A DNA stretch of 64,000 nucleotides from assembly GCA_021852055.1 (NCBI GenBank), contig JAJZOD010000003.1, positions 82,846 to 146,845 on the forward strand. The letters are read 5' to 3'. Of the stretch, positions 1 to 8,511 are shown piece by piece (positions within the stretch are counted from its first letter, which is position 1; every line of letters starts with the position of its first letter). A model generated the notes under the pieces. It saw nothing but the letters and a program-made list of their open reading frames with translations. It ran no database searches and was not told where the DNA came from. The position numbers were made by a program, and so were the translations under genes. This stretch comes from Candidatus Micrarchaeota archaeon. Its GTDB lineage: Archaea > Micrarchaeota > Micrarchaeia > Micrarchaeales > CABMGC01.

Positions 1-1
1 A

Positions 2-3000
2 GGAACAGGCAGCACCAGCAGCGTAACAACAGGAGACCTTCAGAACGGCCTTGAAGGACCGGTGCCTCCAAATGCAACCAGCAACAATTCTACAGTCAAA
101 GTGCAGCTCCAGTACTCTGCAAGTTCGCCATCAATAACAGCAACATACGAAGCAAGCACAGGCAATGTGATAGTAACGGGCAGCGGCTTCACCCCCGGGG
201 GCTCGGTCAGCATATCAGTCAGCTCCACATCCGGCACAAGCCTTGCAACTGTAAGCACAACAGCCAGCTCTGCTGGCGATATTAACTCTCAGATACCTGT
301 GTCATCTTACAGCGTAGGCAACCTCGATATCTCCGCAATAGACGTGAAAACGTTTGCATTTAGCAACACCGCAGAGGTTTCTATTACCAGCTCTCCTCCT
401 TCCTCGTTAAGCATAACAGCAACATACGAAGCAAGCACAGGCAATGTGATAGTAACGGGCAGCGGCTTCACACCCGGAGGCTCGGTCTCACTTGCATTCA
501 ATATTAACCACCAGATAGGCAGTACGACGACATACACAACTACTGCGGATTCAAGTGGTGGCATAAACTTCCAAGAGCCTGCTGCAAAACAGCCAACTGC
601 TTATATCTATTACATCGAAGCTACTGATGTACAAACAGGAAGCACAAGTGCAGAAGCGTCGGTAAATGTGCCGGCAATAGTCATACCAACAATGTCACTA
701 ACTGCATCTTATGACGCTGCTGCTGGCACTATCTCAGTCAGCGGCTCCGGCTTCACTCCCGGAGGCGCGGTGAATGTGCAGTTGTTCCTGAGCAGCTCCA
801 ACAGCTTCGTGAGCAGCGTCGCTGCAGTTGCAGGCTCAGATGGAGACTTCACAACTTCAATAAACGTAAACAGCCAGGAAACAAGCGCAATAACGTACTA
901 CGTCATGGCTACAAATAAAGACACAAATGCTGCAGCAAAAAGCGGCTCGGTCACAGTGCCTGCTGCTGCCCAAAACCCAGAGAACATAAACGCAGTATAT
1001 AACGAGCAACTTGGTGCAGTGGTTGTCACAGGCTCCGGCTTCAACATCAACACCAAAGTAACAGTAAGCTGCGTTGTATTATACGGCACTAACCCTGCTC
1101 CATCCTCTGTCTCAGATGCATGCACTGCAACTACACAGTCAAATGCCACAGGCGGCATAAATGTTACCCTTCCTCCAATGAGTCCATCGCCAAACTATTA
1201 CATATACGAGAACATATACGCGTTGGAGATAAACAGCCAGGGTGTATCGTTCGGTCCCGGAGCCTCAACACACATTACAATACCACAAAGGAGCGCAGGA
1301 ACAACTGCTTTGATAAAGCTTGAGAATACCAATGCAAACGGCATCTGCTCCAATGTATCCTGCTTCCAGCTTACATACAGCCAGCCAAGCCAGCTCAGCA
1401 GCCTGCAGCTGCAGGACATAGCTGCATCGCCGAGCGGCCAGCAGGTCTATATTACCGGACAGTTCGCAAGCGGCATATACGTAATGAGTGGCAATGATCT
1501 CTCGCTGCAATCAACAATCCCTCTCACGTTCTCTGCAAGTTCCGGCACTACAACGAATATTGGCAGCATAACTCCGGCTAATCTGAACATTACATACTGG
1601 CTTGCAAACAACGGGCTCTACAACCAGTCTATCTCTTTCACAAAGCCTGGCAGCCAGTACATAACTGGAGGCTCCGGCTTCGACCAGGCATATTTCCACC
1701 ACCCGCTCGGCATAGCTGATGTGAATGGGTACCTATACGTGCTTGACGACTGGAAGGGTATAGTAAGCAGCTCGGATGCAAATGCAAACAGCGGCACCTC
1801 TACAAGCGGTATATTCTTCAATATAGTAATGCTAAGGGTCCTAAACTCAACAGGCTCAAACGTGCCTATACAGCCTACATTCTTCAATGACATGTACAAC
1901 AATATCGCCTGCACGCCTACTGGCTACCTTGCAACCCACCAGAACACCTGCATACCAAGCACAACCCTACAGAATGTAAAGAACAGCGACTGGTGCACAG
2001 TCAACGAGCAAACAGGCCAGGCGTGCTCCATAGCGCCCATATCAGGTTCGTGCACTTTCTCATCGTTAGGCAGTGCAATAGCAGGCAGTTTCACCGGTGG
2101 TGGAGTCAACTATGCAGAGTACCAGTGCATAAGCACGGGCTCCCTTTCATCAAATTACACCTCGCTTGCTACAGGTTCAGGCTCATACAACAAAAACGTA
2201 TATCCCCCTTATGGCTGGGTAATTTCTGCAAACATAACCGGCGTAAGCAACGGAGCCGTAGGCCAGTCCTATAGCTTATGCTCGTCATTCAGCTGCACGA
2301 AGAATCCGACACAGCTTCTAGGCGGGGCAAACTCCTACCTGGAGGGATATGCGCCTGTAGGTCCACAGCTGCGTGCAGTCGGAAGCTGCAGCAGAGCAGG
2401 GGAATGCAACGCCTTTGAAACAATCTACAGCCCTGGCTTCTCAGTCAACTACAACAACACTGCTGTTATACTGTTCCCCAATTCAACAAACAGCAACAGC
2501 GCCCATGGGACAGATGAAGGCTTAGACAACTGGGGCGAGATACTCATCGCAAACATAAACTGGCAGAACTATACTAACTTGTTTTCGGGAATCACCAACT
2601 ATACCTGTTATGTAAAAGGCGAGGAGAACGGCAATCAGAATGTCTGCGGCGGAAAGTTTGTGAACGACCACTACTATTACACGTACAACAGCCTAGTCGA
2701 CAGCTTTACTGCGCCGATATACCTGCTTGGAGATCCGTTCAAGTATTACGAGAATCTTGGAACATCGCCTGTTCTGGGCTTTGCAAACCAGTTCTACTCA
2801 ACATACAACAACGGCAACCAGGGTTCTGGTTCCGGTTCGCCGCAAAGCCAGATATCTTCACAGTGCACGCAGCAGGTCCAGTCCGGTAGCATACCGACGG
2901 CATGCCTGGGGGCCAGCGGAACGCCTCCTACCCCAAGCCTGTCCGGCCTAAGCCTTGGCACTACAACTGGCCAGCTCGCAGTACCAATACTTTCTACGCC

Positions 3001-4738
3001 TCTGCTTCAGAGCAGCGTCAGCGGCGTAGTTCTTGTACCTTACACATACAGTGGTACTCTTGTGCAGAACTGGAGGGACTTCCAGCTCTTGTTCGGCGGA
3101 TACGGATGCCCCGGAAGCCTGCCCGACTGGCCTACAGTTACAACAAACAAGATAGAGTACACTTATCAGGAAGTGCCTGTATCGTCGAAGCCTACTCCTC
3201 TGGCAGCAAACATAGAGGGCGGCGATACATACATCGGTTATAGGGACGCGCTGGGCAGCGACATATACATGCCGAACCTGTCGGATTTTGGCGTATCGCT
3301 GCCTCCGCAGGTCCTGTTCAATGTGTCGAGCAACAGGGTTTTCGGAAACATATACATAAACCTGACAAACAACAAGACTACAAACAAACAGACGCTGCTT
3401 AATGCCACTGAAAGGCTCGAATACGTAGTGAATACATACAGCATAGGGCAGTACATGAAATTCCAGAGCATAAGCTCTGTGCCAGTAGGCCCATATTACG
3501 GCACACAGTACGCTGCAAGGCTTCAGAACAAGCCTAGTACCAATATAGCAACAGGCTTAAACTACACCCAGCTGCCTTCCGGAGGCTCTGGTTTTGTCTA
3601 TCTTAACCTTTTCAATATCTATAAGCAGTTTGTCTGGCAGAGCCCTCTAAACCTCTATATAAACAGCACAGCCCAGGGCCTGCCTTATGGGTACAGGCGC
3701 CTGATTTATGTATATCAGGACAGGTTCAACAACACCATATTCATGCCATTGGACGCTGACATAGCTAAGTTCACTGTCATCAACATGAGCGTAATCCCGA
3801 GCATAAACCCGACAAATGCAAACCAGACAACACTGCAGATAAACGGCACTGTAGGCTACTACCAGTTCAGCAACAACGGCCTTGTGTTCGAGCCGCTTAC
3901 GGGCAACAGCCTGTACCTATACTACAACACCAATCTCAATTATATTGATTATCCTCCGACTACAGATGCGTTCCATGCAACTGCGTGCGCCTTCGGTTCT
4001 CCTGTAAACAAATTCATCCAGACCCTCACATGCAACCTTGCAAATCCTATAAATTCACCGCAATCTGCAACTGCCAATATAGTGACATACAGCCCGCAGT
4101 ACAATGCACAGGGCGCATGCAACCCAGCAAACGTACTTCTGCCTCCAGTAAATTACAACTGCAATGTGTACAACAGCGGCAAGCAGTGCAGTACAGGCCC
4201 TTACGGCCAGCGCGAATACTGCGTAGGGCTGGATTCACAGGGCGATGGCATATGCACCAGCCAGGTGGGTCTTATAGGCGTAGTGCCTACAAATGCGCTT
4301 GGGTACTTCTCGACAAATATAGTGGCTTGCGGAATAGCCGATGTAAACATACAGGCAAACTTCTATGGCTCGCCGCCTCCGGAGCCTGTCAATGCCACAC
4401 AAGCGCCTTTGGGCATGGCTGCAAATGTCGCAATTCCAGATACGGGCGTGCCTCTGCCAGGGACAAACTTCCAGCACCCTACGCAGATCACATTCCCTGT
4501 TGACAACTACACATGGCTGAACAATGACACCATAGTACAGGCCCAGATAGGCCTTTGGGAGCTAGCTTACGGCGACATTCAGGCCCTCGAGGTTATAGGG
4601 CTGATTTCGTTAGTCGGTGCTGTAATAGCCGCAAAGCTCATATTAGAGTCCCGAAGCAAAACCAGAAGGAAAAGCGTTAAAAATAGAATAAGAAAACCAG
4701 AGAGAACAAGCCATAGAAACCGTAGAAACAATAAATAA
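2..4738 (+). CDS. Giant surface (S-layer/adhesin-like) protein, 5'-truncated by the window edge. Has tandem Ig/IPT-like domains, an NHL-like segment and a C-terminal TM anchor with a basic tail
   Basis: The reading frame is open from nt 2 with no upstream stop. The motif TGSGFTPGG recurs four times in the first ~350 aa. Composition is N/S/T/G/Y/C-rich with many N-x-S/T sequons. The C-terminus LISLVGAVIAAKLIL is followed by RSKTRRKSVKNRIRK. Confidence 0.8.
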   Translation, partial: GTGSTSSVTTGDLQNGLEGPVPPNATSNNSTVKVQLQYSASSPSITATYEASTGNVIVTGSGFTPGGSVSISVSSTSGTSLATVSTTASSAGDINSQIPVSSYSVGNLDISAIDVKTFAFSNTAEVSITSSPPSSLSITATYEASTGNVIVTGSGFTPGGSVSLAFNINHQIGSTTTYTTTADSSGGINFQEPAAKQPTAYIYYIEATDVQTGSTSAEASVNVPAIVIPTMSLTASYDAAAGTISVSGSGFTPGGAVNVQLFLSSSNSFVSSVAAVAGSDGDFTTSINVNSQETSAITYYVMATNKDTNAAAKSGSVTVPAAAQNPENINAVYNEQLGAVVVTGSGFNINTKVTVSCVVLYGTNPAPSSVSDACTATTQSNATGGINVTLPPMSPSPNYYIYENIYALEINSQGVSFGPGASTHITIPQRSAGTTALIKLENTNANGICSNVSCFQLTYSQPSQLSSLQLQDIAASPSGQQVYITGQFASGIYVMSGNDLSLQSTIPLTFSASSGTTTNIGSITPANLNITYWLANNGLYNQSISFTKPGSQYITGGSGFDQAYFHHPLGIADVNGYLYVLDDWKGIVSSSDANANSGTSTSGIFFNIVMLRVLNSTGSNVPIQPTFFNDMYNNIACTPTGYLATHQNTCIPSTTLQNVKNSDWCTVNEQTGQACSIAPISGSCTFSSLGSAIAGSFTGGGVNYAEYQCISTGSLSSNYTSLATGSGSYNKNVYPPYGWVISANITGVSNGAVGQSYSLCSSFSCTKNPTQLLGGANSYLEGYAPVGPQLRAVGSCSRAGECNAFETIYSPGFSVNYNNTAVILFPNSTNSNSAHGTDEGLDNWGEILIANINWQNYTNLFSGITNYTCYVKGEENGNQNVCGGKFVNDHYYYTYNSLVDSFTAPIYLLGDPFKYYENLGTSPVLGFANQFYSTYNNGNQGSGSGSPQSQISSQCTQQVQSGSIPTACLGASGTPPTPSLSGLSLGTTTGQLAVPILSTPLLQSSVSGVVLVPYTYSGTLVQNWRDFQLLFGGYGCPGSLPDWPTVTTNKIEYTYQEVPVSSKPTPLAANIEGGDTYIGYRDALGSDIYMPNLSDFGVSLPPQVLFNVSSNRVFGNIYINLTNNKTTNKQTLLNATERLEYVVNTYSIGQYMKFQSISSVPVGPYYGTQYAARLQNKPSTNIATGLNYTQLPSGGSGFVYLNLFNIYKQFVWQSPLNLYINSTAQGLPYGYRRLIYVYQDRFNNTIFMPLDADIAKFTVINMSVIPSINPTNANQTTLQINGTVGYYQFSNNGLVFEPLTGNSLYLYYNTNLNYIDYPPTTDAFHATACAFGSPVNKFIQTLTCNLANPINSPQSATANIVTYSPQYNAQGACNPANVLLPPVNYNCNVYNSGKQCSTGPYGQREYCVGLDSQGDGICTSQVGLIGVVPTNALGYFSTNIVACGIADVNIQANFYGSPPPEPVNATQAPLGMAANVAIPDTGVPLPGTNFQHPTQITFPVDNYTWLNNDTIVQAQIGLWELAYGDIQALEVIGLISLVGAVIAAKLILESRSKTRRKSVKNRIRKPERTSHRNRRNNK
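134..486 (+). repeat. Two near-identical 74-bp segments (134-207 and 413-486) spaced 279 bp (93 codons) apart inside the surface-protein gene
   Basis: A 59-nt core (ataacagcaacatacgaagcaagcacaggcaatgtgatagtaacgggcagcggcttcac) is identical in both copies and there are 2 mismatches in the next 15 nt. Both encode SITATYEASTGNVIVTGSGFTPGGSVS. Confidence 0.9.
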
Positions 4739-4771
4739 ACAAAAGCCTGTTCCTAACCCTGCGACGGACGT

Positions 4772-4897
4772 TTAACTCTCATCGTCGTCGACGTCTTCGT
4801 CCCAGTCCTCTTCATCGTCGCCTTCCTCATCCTCATCGAAGTCGTCATCGTCTTCGTCTGCAGGTTTCATTTTTGTCTTTGTATCCTTATCTGCCAT
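4772..4897 (-). CDS. Candidate 41-aa extremely acidic small protein (MADKDTKTKMKPADEDDDDFDEDEEGDDEEDWDEDVDDDES)
   Basis: ATG at 4897-4895 and TAA at 4774-4772. A GTGAT Shine-Dalgarno-like motif lies 4 nt upstream of the ATG. The plus-strand frame over the same bases has no start codon. The ORF is too short for the ORF track. Confidence 0.35.
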   Translation of the reverse strand: MADKDTKTKMKPADEDDDDFDEDEEGDDEEDWDEDVDDDES

Positions 4898-5049
4898 ATT
4901 ATCACAGCTTTAAGCCTTTAGGCAAATACCTAATATCAGAAAACTATTTAAATGTATTTGTCAACTTTGGCTTTAGTGCGATATGCGCCCAATCCGGCAT
5001 CCAAGCAAACATCTATTTAGTTATTTCCAGCATTTGATATTGCGATAGA

Positions 5050-5955
5050 ATGGCAGCCAAACCACAAGCCGTATCAACAAGTGGGCACTCAAGGAGGAAT
5101 ACGATAGCAATAATACTGGTGGCGCTGTCAGTTTTTGTAGGATTGTACATAATAACAAAGTATACTGGCTTTGCGCCAAGCACAAATTCGCAGGAGATAG
5201 CGCTCAGCGCAATAATAGGCATACTCGGCATTGAAGTTCTGGGATTTATAATCTATATGTACATGAAGGGGTCATTAAAGGAGGAGGAAGCCAGCACGCT
5301 GAGGAATCTTTTCCGTATAATAGGCTACACTATTCTTGTAATATTCCTGTTCTCGCTGCTTTCAATAAACATCACTGGCCTGCTGCTGACAACGGGCTTT
5401 CTCGGCATAGTACTGGGTCTTGCAGCCCAGTCAACGCTCTCAAACTTTATCTCAGGAGTGTATCTGCTTTCAAGCAAGGCATTCGAACCAGGAGACAGGG
5501 TTGTAATACACACCTGGCAGTATACAATGCAGCCGCAGAGCTACCCACATGACAAATTTGTTCCTGGCTTTTCCGGGAAGATCAAGAACATCGGGCTTTT
5601 GTATACAGAGCTCACCAACGATGAAAGTGTACCTGTCTACATGCCAAACAGCATAGCAGCAAGCGCCCTCATACTCAACTACGGCCGCGCAAAGGAGGAG
5701 TTTGTAAACTTATTGTTTGACATGCCTGTATCAGTGCCATTTGAAAATGTCAAGAAGCGCATACAGGAAGTCCTCAAATCTAAGAAGGTGACTAATTACA
5801 AGATAAATATGGAGTACCTGCATAATGACATATATGTTGTAACTGTACGCATGGAGTGCGAGTTTCAGGACAGGAGGCAGCTCCGCTCGGAAATATACCA
5901 GAAGATAGTCACCGACATCCAGCGCAGCCCAAAAAGGCATGATAAAAAGCAATAA
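5050..5955 (+). CDS. Small-conductance mechanosensitive channel (MscS family)
   Basis: N-terminal TM helices plus the pore-helix-like motif GLAAQSTLSNFISGVYLLSSKAFEPGDRV. Confidence 0.8.
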   Translation: MAAKPQAVSTSGHSRRNTIAIILVALSVFVGLYIITKYTGFAPSTNSQEIALSAIIGILGIEVLGFIIYMYMKGSLKEEEASTLRNLFRIIGYTILVIFLFSLLSINITGLLLTTGFLGIVLGLAAQSTLSNFISGVYLLSSKAFEPGDRVVIHTWQYTMQPQSYPHDKFVPGFSGKIKNIGLLYTELTNDESVPVYMPNSIAASALILNYGRAKEEFVNLLFDMPVSVPFENVKKRIQEVLKSKKVTNYKINMEYLHNDIYVVTVRMECEFQDRRQLRSEIYQKIVTDIQRSPKRHDKKQ

Positions 5956-5997
5956 GCAGGATTTAATATCTTTGCAGCTTATTACTAAGCTTGTCAT

Positions 5998-6109
5998 GGG
6001 CTCGTAGCGCAGTGGCAGCGCGCCCGCTTTGCAAAACTTCTTGGAAAGAAGTTTTATCAAGAAGAACCAGAAAAGCGGAAGGTCGCGGGTTCGAATCCCG
6101 CCGAGTCCA
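5998..6109 (+). tRNA. tRNA-Ala(UGC) with a 40-nt intron at the canonical 37/38 position (intron 6034-6073). CCA is not encoded
   Basis: Manual cloverleaf. Acceptor GGGCTCG/CGAGTCC includes the G3:U70 Ala identity pair. D arm GCGC-AGTGGCA-GCGC. Anticodon arm CCCGC-TTTGCA[intron]A-GCGGA, with a C27-A43 mismatch. Variable loop AGGTC. T arm GCGGG-TTCGAAT-CCCGC. Discriminator A. Confidence 0.85.
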
Positions 6110-6142
6110 TAAAACTTCTTGGGAAGAAGTTTTATCAAGAAG
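6033..6142 (+). repeat. 32-nt hairpin-containing repeat, once inside the tRNA-Ala intron (6033-6064) and again immediately 3' of the tRNA (6111-6142)
   Basis: aaaacttcttggaaagaagttttatcaagaag versus aaaacttcttgggaagaagttttatcaagaag, with one substitution in the hairpin loop. The 10-bp stem is AAAACTTCTT/AAGAAGTTTT. Confidence 0.9.
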
Positions 6143-6176
6143 CTGAAGGAAATTTAAGTGACAAACGCGCAAGCGG

Positions 6177-6210
6177 GTCTGGGTGCGATTGCGGTTTCAA
6201 AGCCGAATCC
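6177..6210 (+). repeat. Left copy of a 34-bp perfect direct repeat (gtctgggtgcgattgcggtttcaaagccgaatcc)
   Basis: Identical to 10724-10757. The 3' part gccgaatcc resembles the tRNA-Ala T-loop/stem segment ttcgaatcc. Confidence 0.9.
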
Positions 6211-6309
6211 CATCCCCAATTTTTTACTGTGGTATTTGTTCTTTAGTAATGAACAATAGTGTTCATTGGTAATGAAAACATTTAAATATCTTAGGCTCTA
6301 AATGAAATC

Positions 6310-7530
6310 ATGATACTAAAAGAAACACTTAGACAGATAGTCAAAGCTCAGAGGAAAGACTTAGAATCGTTCAGCTACGGGGTAGAAAGGGAAGAGTTGA
6401 ATGAGATAAAACTCAATATGCATTACGCATTGATACTATCAGGTATAAGGCGATGTGGTAAGAGTACTCTACTTCACCAATTGCTTAAAAAGCTTCCAAA
6501 TTTCTATTATCTAAACTTTGAGGACACACGGCTAGATAGCTTTCAAGTTGAGGATTTCGAAAAGTTAGATGAAATCTTCAAGGAAGATTACGGTGAATCC
6601 GAATATTATCTTTTCGATGAAATACAGAATATTTATAAATGGGAGCTTTTTGTAAGATCCAGACTAGACAAACAGAAGAAATTTATTATTACAGGCTCTA
6701 ACGCTTCACTTTTAAGTAAGGAGCTTGGTACTAGACTCACGGGCAGACACATCAACATGGAACTGTTTCCATTCTCCTTTATGGAGTCGCTTTCTATGAC
6801 TAAGGTAAAGGCAAGCGCAACTTCATTCTCAGAATACTTAAGAAGCGGAGGGTTTCCAGAATATCTGAGATATAAAAAACAAGAAATACTGCGCGAGTTA
6901 TTAACAGACATAATACAAAGAGATATTATAGTAAGACACAAATTGCGCGATTCTAAAACAGTAAAGACACTTGCGTTATATCTGCTTAGTAACACGGGCA
7001 ACGAGTTTTCATATAATAACCTTAAGAAGATGTTCAATCTGGGATCAGTGAATACCGCAATAGCATTTGTTTCTTATTTTGAGGACAGCTACCTTCTATT
7101 TACTGTGCCAAAGTTTGATTACTCGCTTAAAAAACAGATAGTTAATGCCAAAAAAGTATATTCTATAGATAATGGTCTTTCTACCTCAAATTCAGCTTCG
7201 TTCTCTTCAGATTTAGGAAGGATGTTAGAAAATTCTGTATTCTTGCATCTTCGTAGGAAATATAAAGAAATATTCTACTTCAAAGGAAAAAGAGAATGCG
7301 ATTTCTTAGTAAAGGAGCAAAGCAAGATAAAAATGGCAATACAAGTCTCGTATGAGCTAAACGAAGGAAACAAACAGAGAGAATTTGACGGACTTCTTGA
7401 AGCTATAAAAAAGTTTGATTTGGCAGAAGGATTAATACTTACATTTGATCAAGAAGACAAATTCGAGATTGAGGGAAAACACATAATAGCAAAACCGGTT
7501 TGGAAATGGATGCTAGAAAGCAATTTGTAG
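6310..7530 (+). CDS. AAA-superfamily ATPase of the AAA_14/DUF4143 type
   Basis: Walker A motif SGIRRCGKST and Walker B-like motif YYLFDEIQ. Length (~400 aa) and a C-terminal region (ECDFLV) are typical of the archaeal DUF4143 ATPase family. Confidence 0.75.
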   Translation: MILKETLRQIVKAQRKDLESFSYGVEREELNEIKLNMHYALILSGIRRCGKSTLLHQLLKKLPNFYYLNFEDTRLDSFQVEDFEKLDEIFKEDYGESEYYLFDEIQNIYKWELFVRSRLDKQKKFIITGSNASLLSKELGTRLTGRHINMELFPFSFMESLSMTKVKASATSFSEYLRSGGFPEYLRYKKQEILRELLTDIIQRDIIVRHKLRDSKTVKTLALYLLSNTGNEFSYNNLKKMFNLGSVNTAIAFVSYFEDSYLLFTVPKFDYSLKKQIVNAKKVYSIDNGLSTSNSASFSSDLGRMLENSVFLHLRRKYKEIFYFKGKRECDFLVKEQSKIKMAIQVSYELNEGNKQREFDGLLEAIKKFDLAEGLILTFDQEDKFEIEGKHIIAKPVWKWMLESNL

Positions 7531-7791
7531 TGTATGAAAGTGAAAAAAGAGATTAAAATTGTTTTGCCTATAAGTCCGTGTTCAAAAGAAATATCTCCAA
7601 TTTGGATTTTACCGAGTACACAAACCTTTTTGGAAATGTTTGGCGAAAACACTGGGTGCGGTTACAGCTAGATTTACACCGTATCTGTTTATATTTCTAA
7701 ACGCGGTGTAATCTGTGTGCGAAGACACAGATGTTCGCATTTTCCGAAATATGATCTACGGTGTCTTGAATGGCTAGAAAAATAGACGACA

Positions 7792-7853
7792 GGGCTCGTG
7801 AGCGCGTTCCGTTCGCAACAGAAAGGTCGCGGGTGCGATCCCCGCCGAGTCCA
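7792..7853 (+). pseudogene. Decayed 62-nt copy of tRNA-Ala. Both acceptor strands and the T arm are kept, while the D and anticodon arms are deleted
   Basis: GGGCTCGTGAGCGC...TTCGCAACAGAAAGGTCGCGGGTGCGATCCCCGCCGAGTCCA aligns to both ends of the 5998-6109 gene and keeps the last bases of its intron (CAGAA). It is followed by a third copy of the trailer hairpin (7855-7876). Confidence 0.75.
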
Positions 7854-7878
7854 TAAAACTTCTTAAAAAGAAGTTTAT

Positions 7879-8511
7879 TCAATATGGATTACTTAGTTTG
7901 CCAGAATCTGCCAAAAGCTTATATTTTTTTACAAAATTAAGTACAGATTTGGAAGTGTGCTTATCATACACCTTTAGGTATTTGTGCACTTTTTTGATTT
8001 CTATGGACCGCAAAAGTCCATCATAGTTCTGAGGAGGTAACTTTACTTTGTAATAGAACAGGTCTATTAACGTCTTCTCTGGATCTGAAACTGGCAATTT
8101 TAACACACCGTAATTTATTATATCAAACCCAAAAAAGTATCTTGTTGGCATATGGTGCACAAATATAACATCTTTAGGATCGTCGAATATTGTCGTACGG
8201 TTTGAACGTATTTTTTTTATTGTGAGTATTTCTGGTCTAGAATTCTGTATCCAAAGATCCCTTAATGTTAGTGCAGATAGCAACCCATAATAAAAAGGTG
8301 TATACGCAAACCCCGATACCATATCATTCTTTTTAAATGTATATACGCTTTTTTTCAATGAATACAAATCACCATTACTTTTCATGTATGATAAGATTCT
8401 CGTAAGATTTGATGATTTTATCCTCTTATTGCTGAAGTATAGTCTAAGGTCTCTGTGTGTGAAAACTGGATAATCTGAAAAATGCCTGGTTATTTCATTA
8501 ACTATTGTCAT
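7879..8511 (-). CDS. abiEi: AbiEi-like antitoxin/transcriptional regulator (COG5340-type, N-terminal wHTH)
   Basis: The N-terminal pattern ...PVFTHRDLRLYF...LTRILSYMKSNGDLYSLKKSVYTF and the C-terminal pattern ...LPVSDPEKTLIDLFYY are typical of AbiEi. It overlaps the adjacent nucleotidyltransferase gene by 14 nt. Confidence 0.65.
   Translation of the reverse strand: MTIVNEITRHFSDYPVFTHRDLRLYFSNKRIKSSNLTRILSYMKSNGDLYSLKKSVYTFKKNDMVSGFAYTPFYYGLLSALTLRDLWIQNSRPEILTIKKIRSNRTTIFDDPKDVIFVHHMPTRYFFGFDIINYGVLKLPVSDPEKTLIDLFYYKVKLPPQNYDGLLRSIEIKKVHKYLKVYDKHTSKSVLNFVKKYKLLADSGKLSNPY

Noticed and set aside
5731-6172. ORF-track minus-strand ORFs 5731..6138 and 5963..6172, and likewise 7697..7882, with the recurring peptide KKFYGLGG.RTRDL
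   Set aside because: They are translations across tRNA-Ala, its decayed copy and the repeated hairpin. The recurring peptide simply reflects the DNA repeats.
7652-7681. A possible third copy of the 34-bp repeat (ctgggtgcggttacagctagatttacaccg), and the shared 11-mer gatttacaccg at 9377-9387
   Set aside because: Only about 9-12 nt match at each end. That is too short to distinguish from chance without a genome-wide count.
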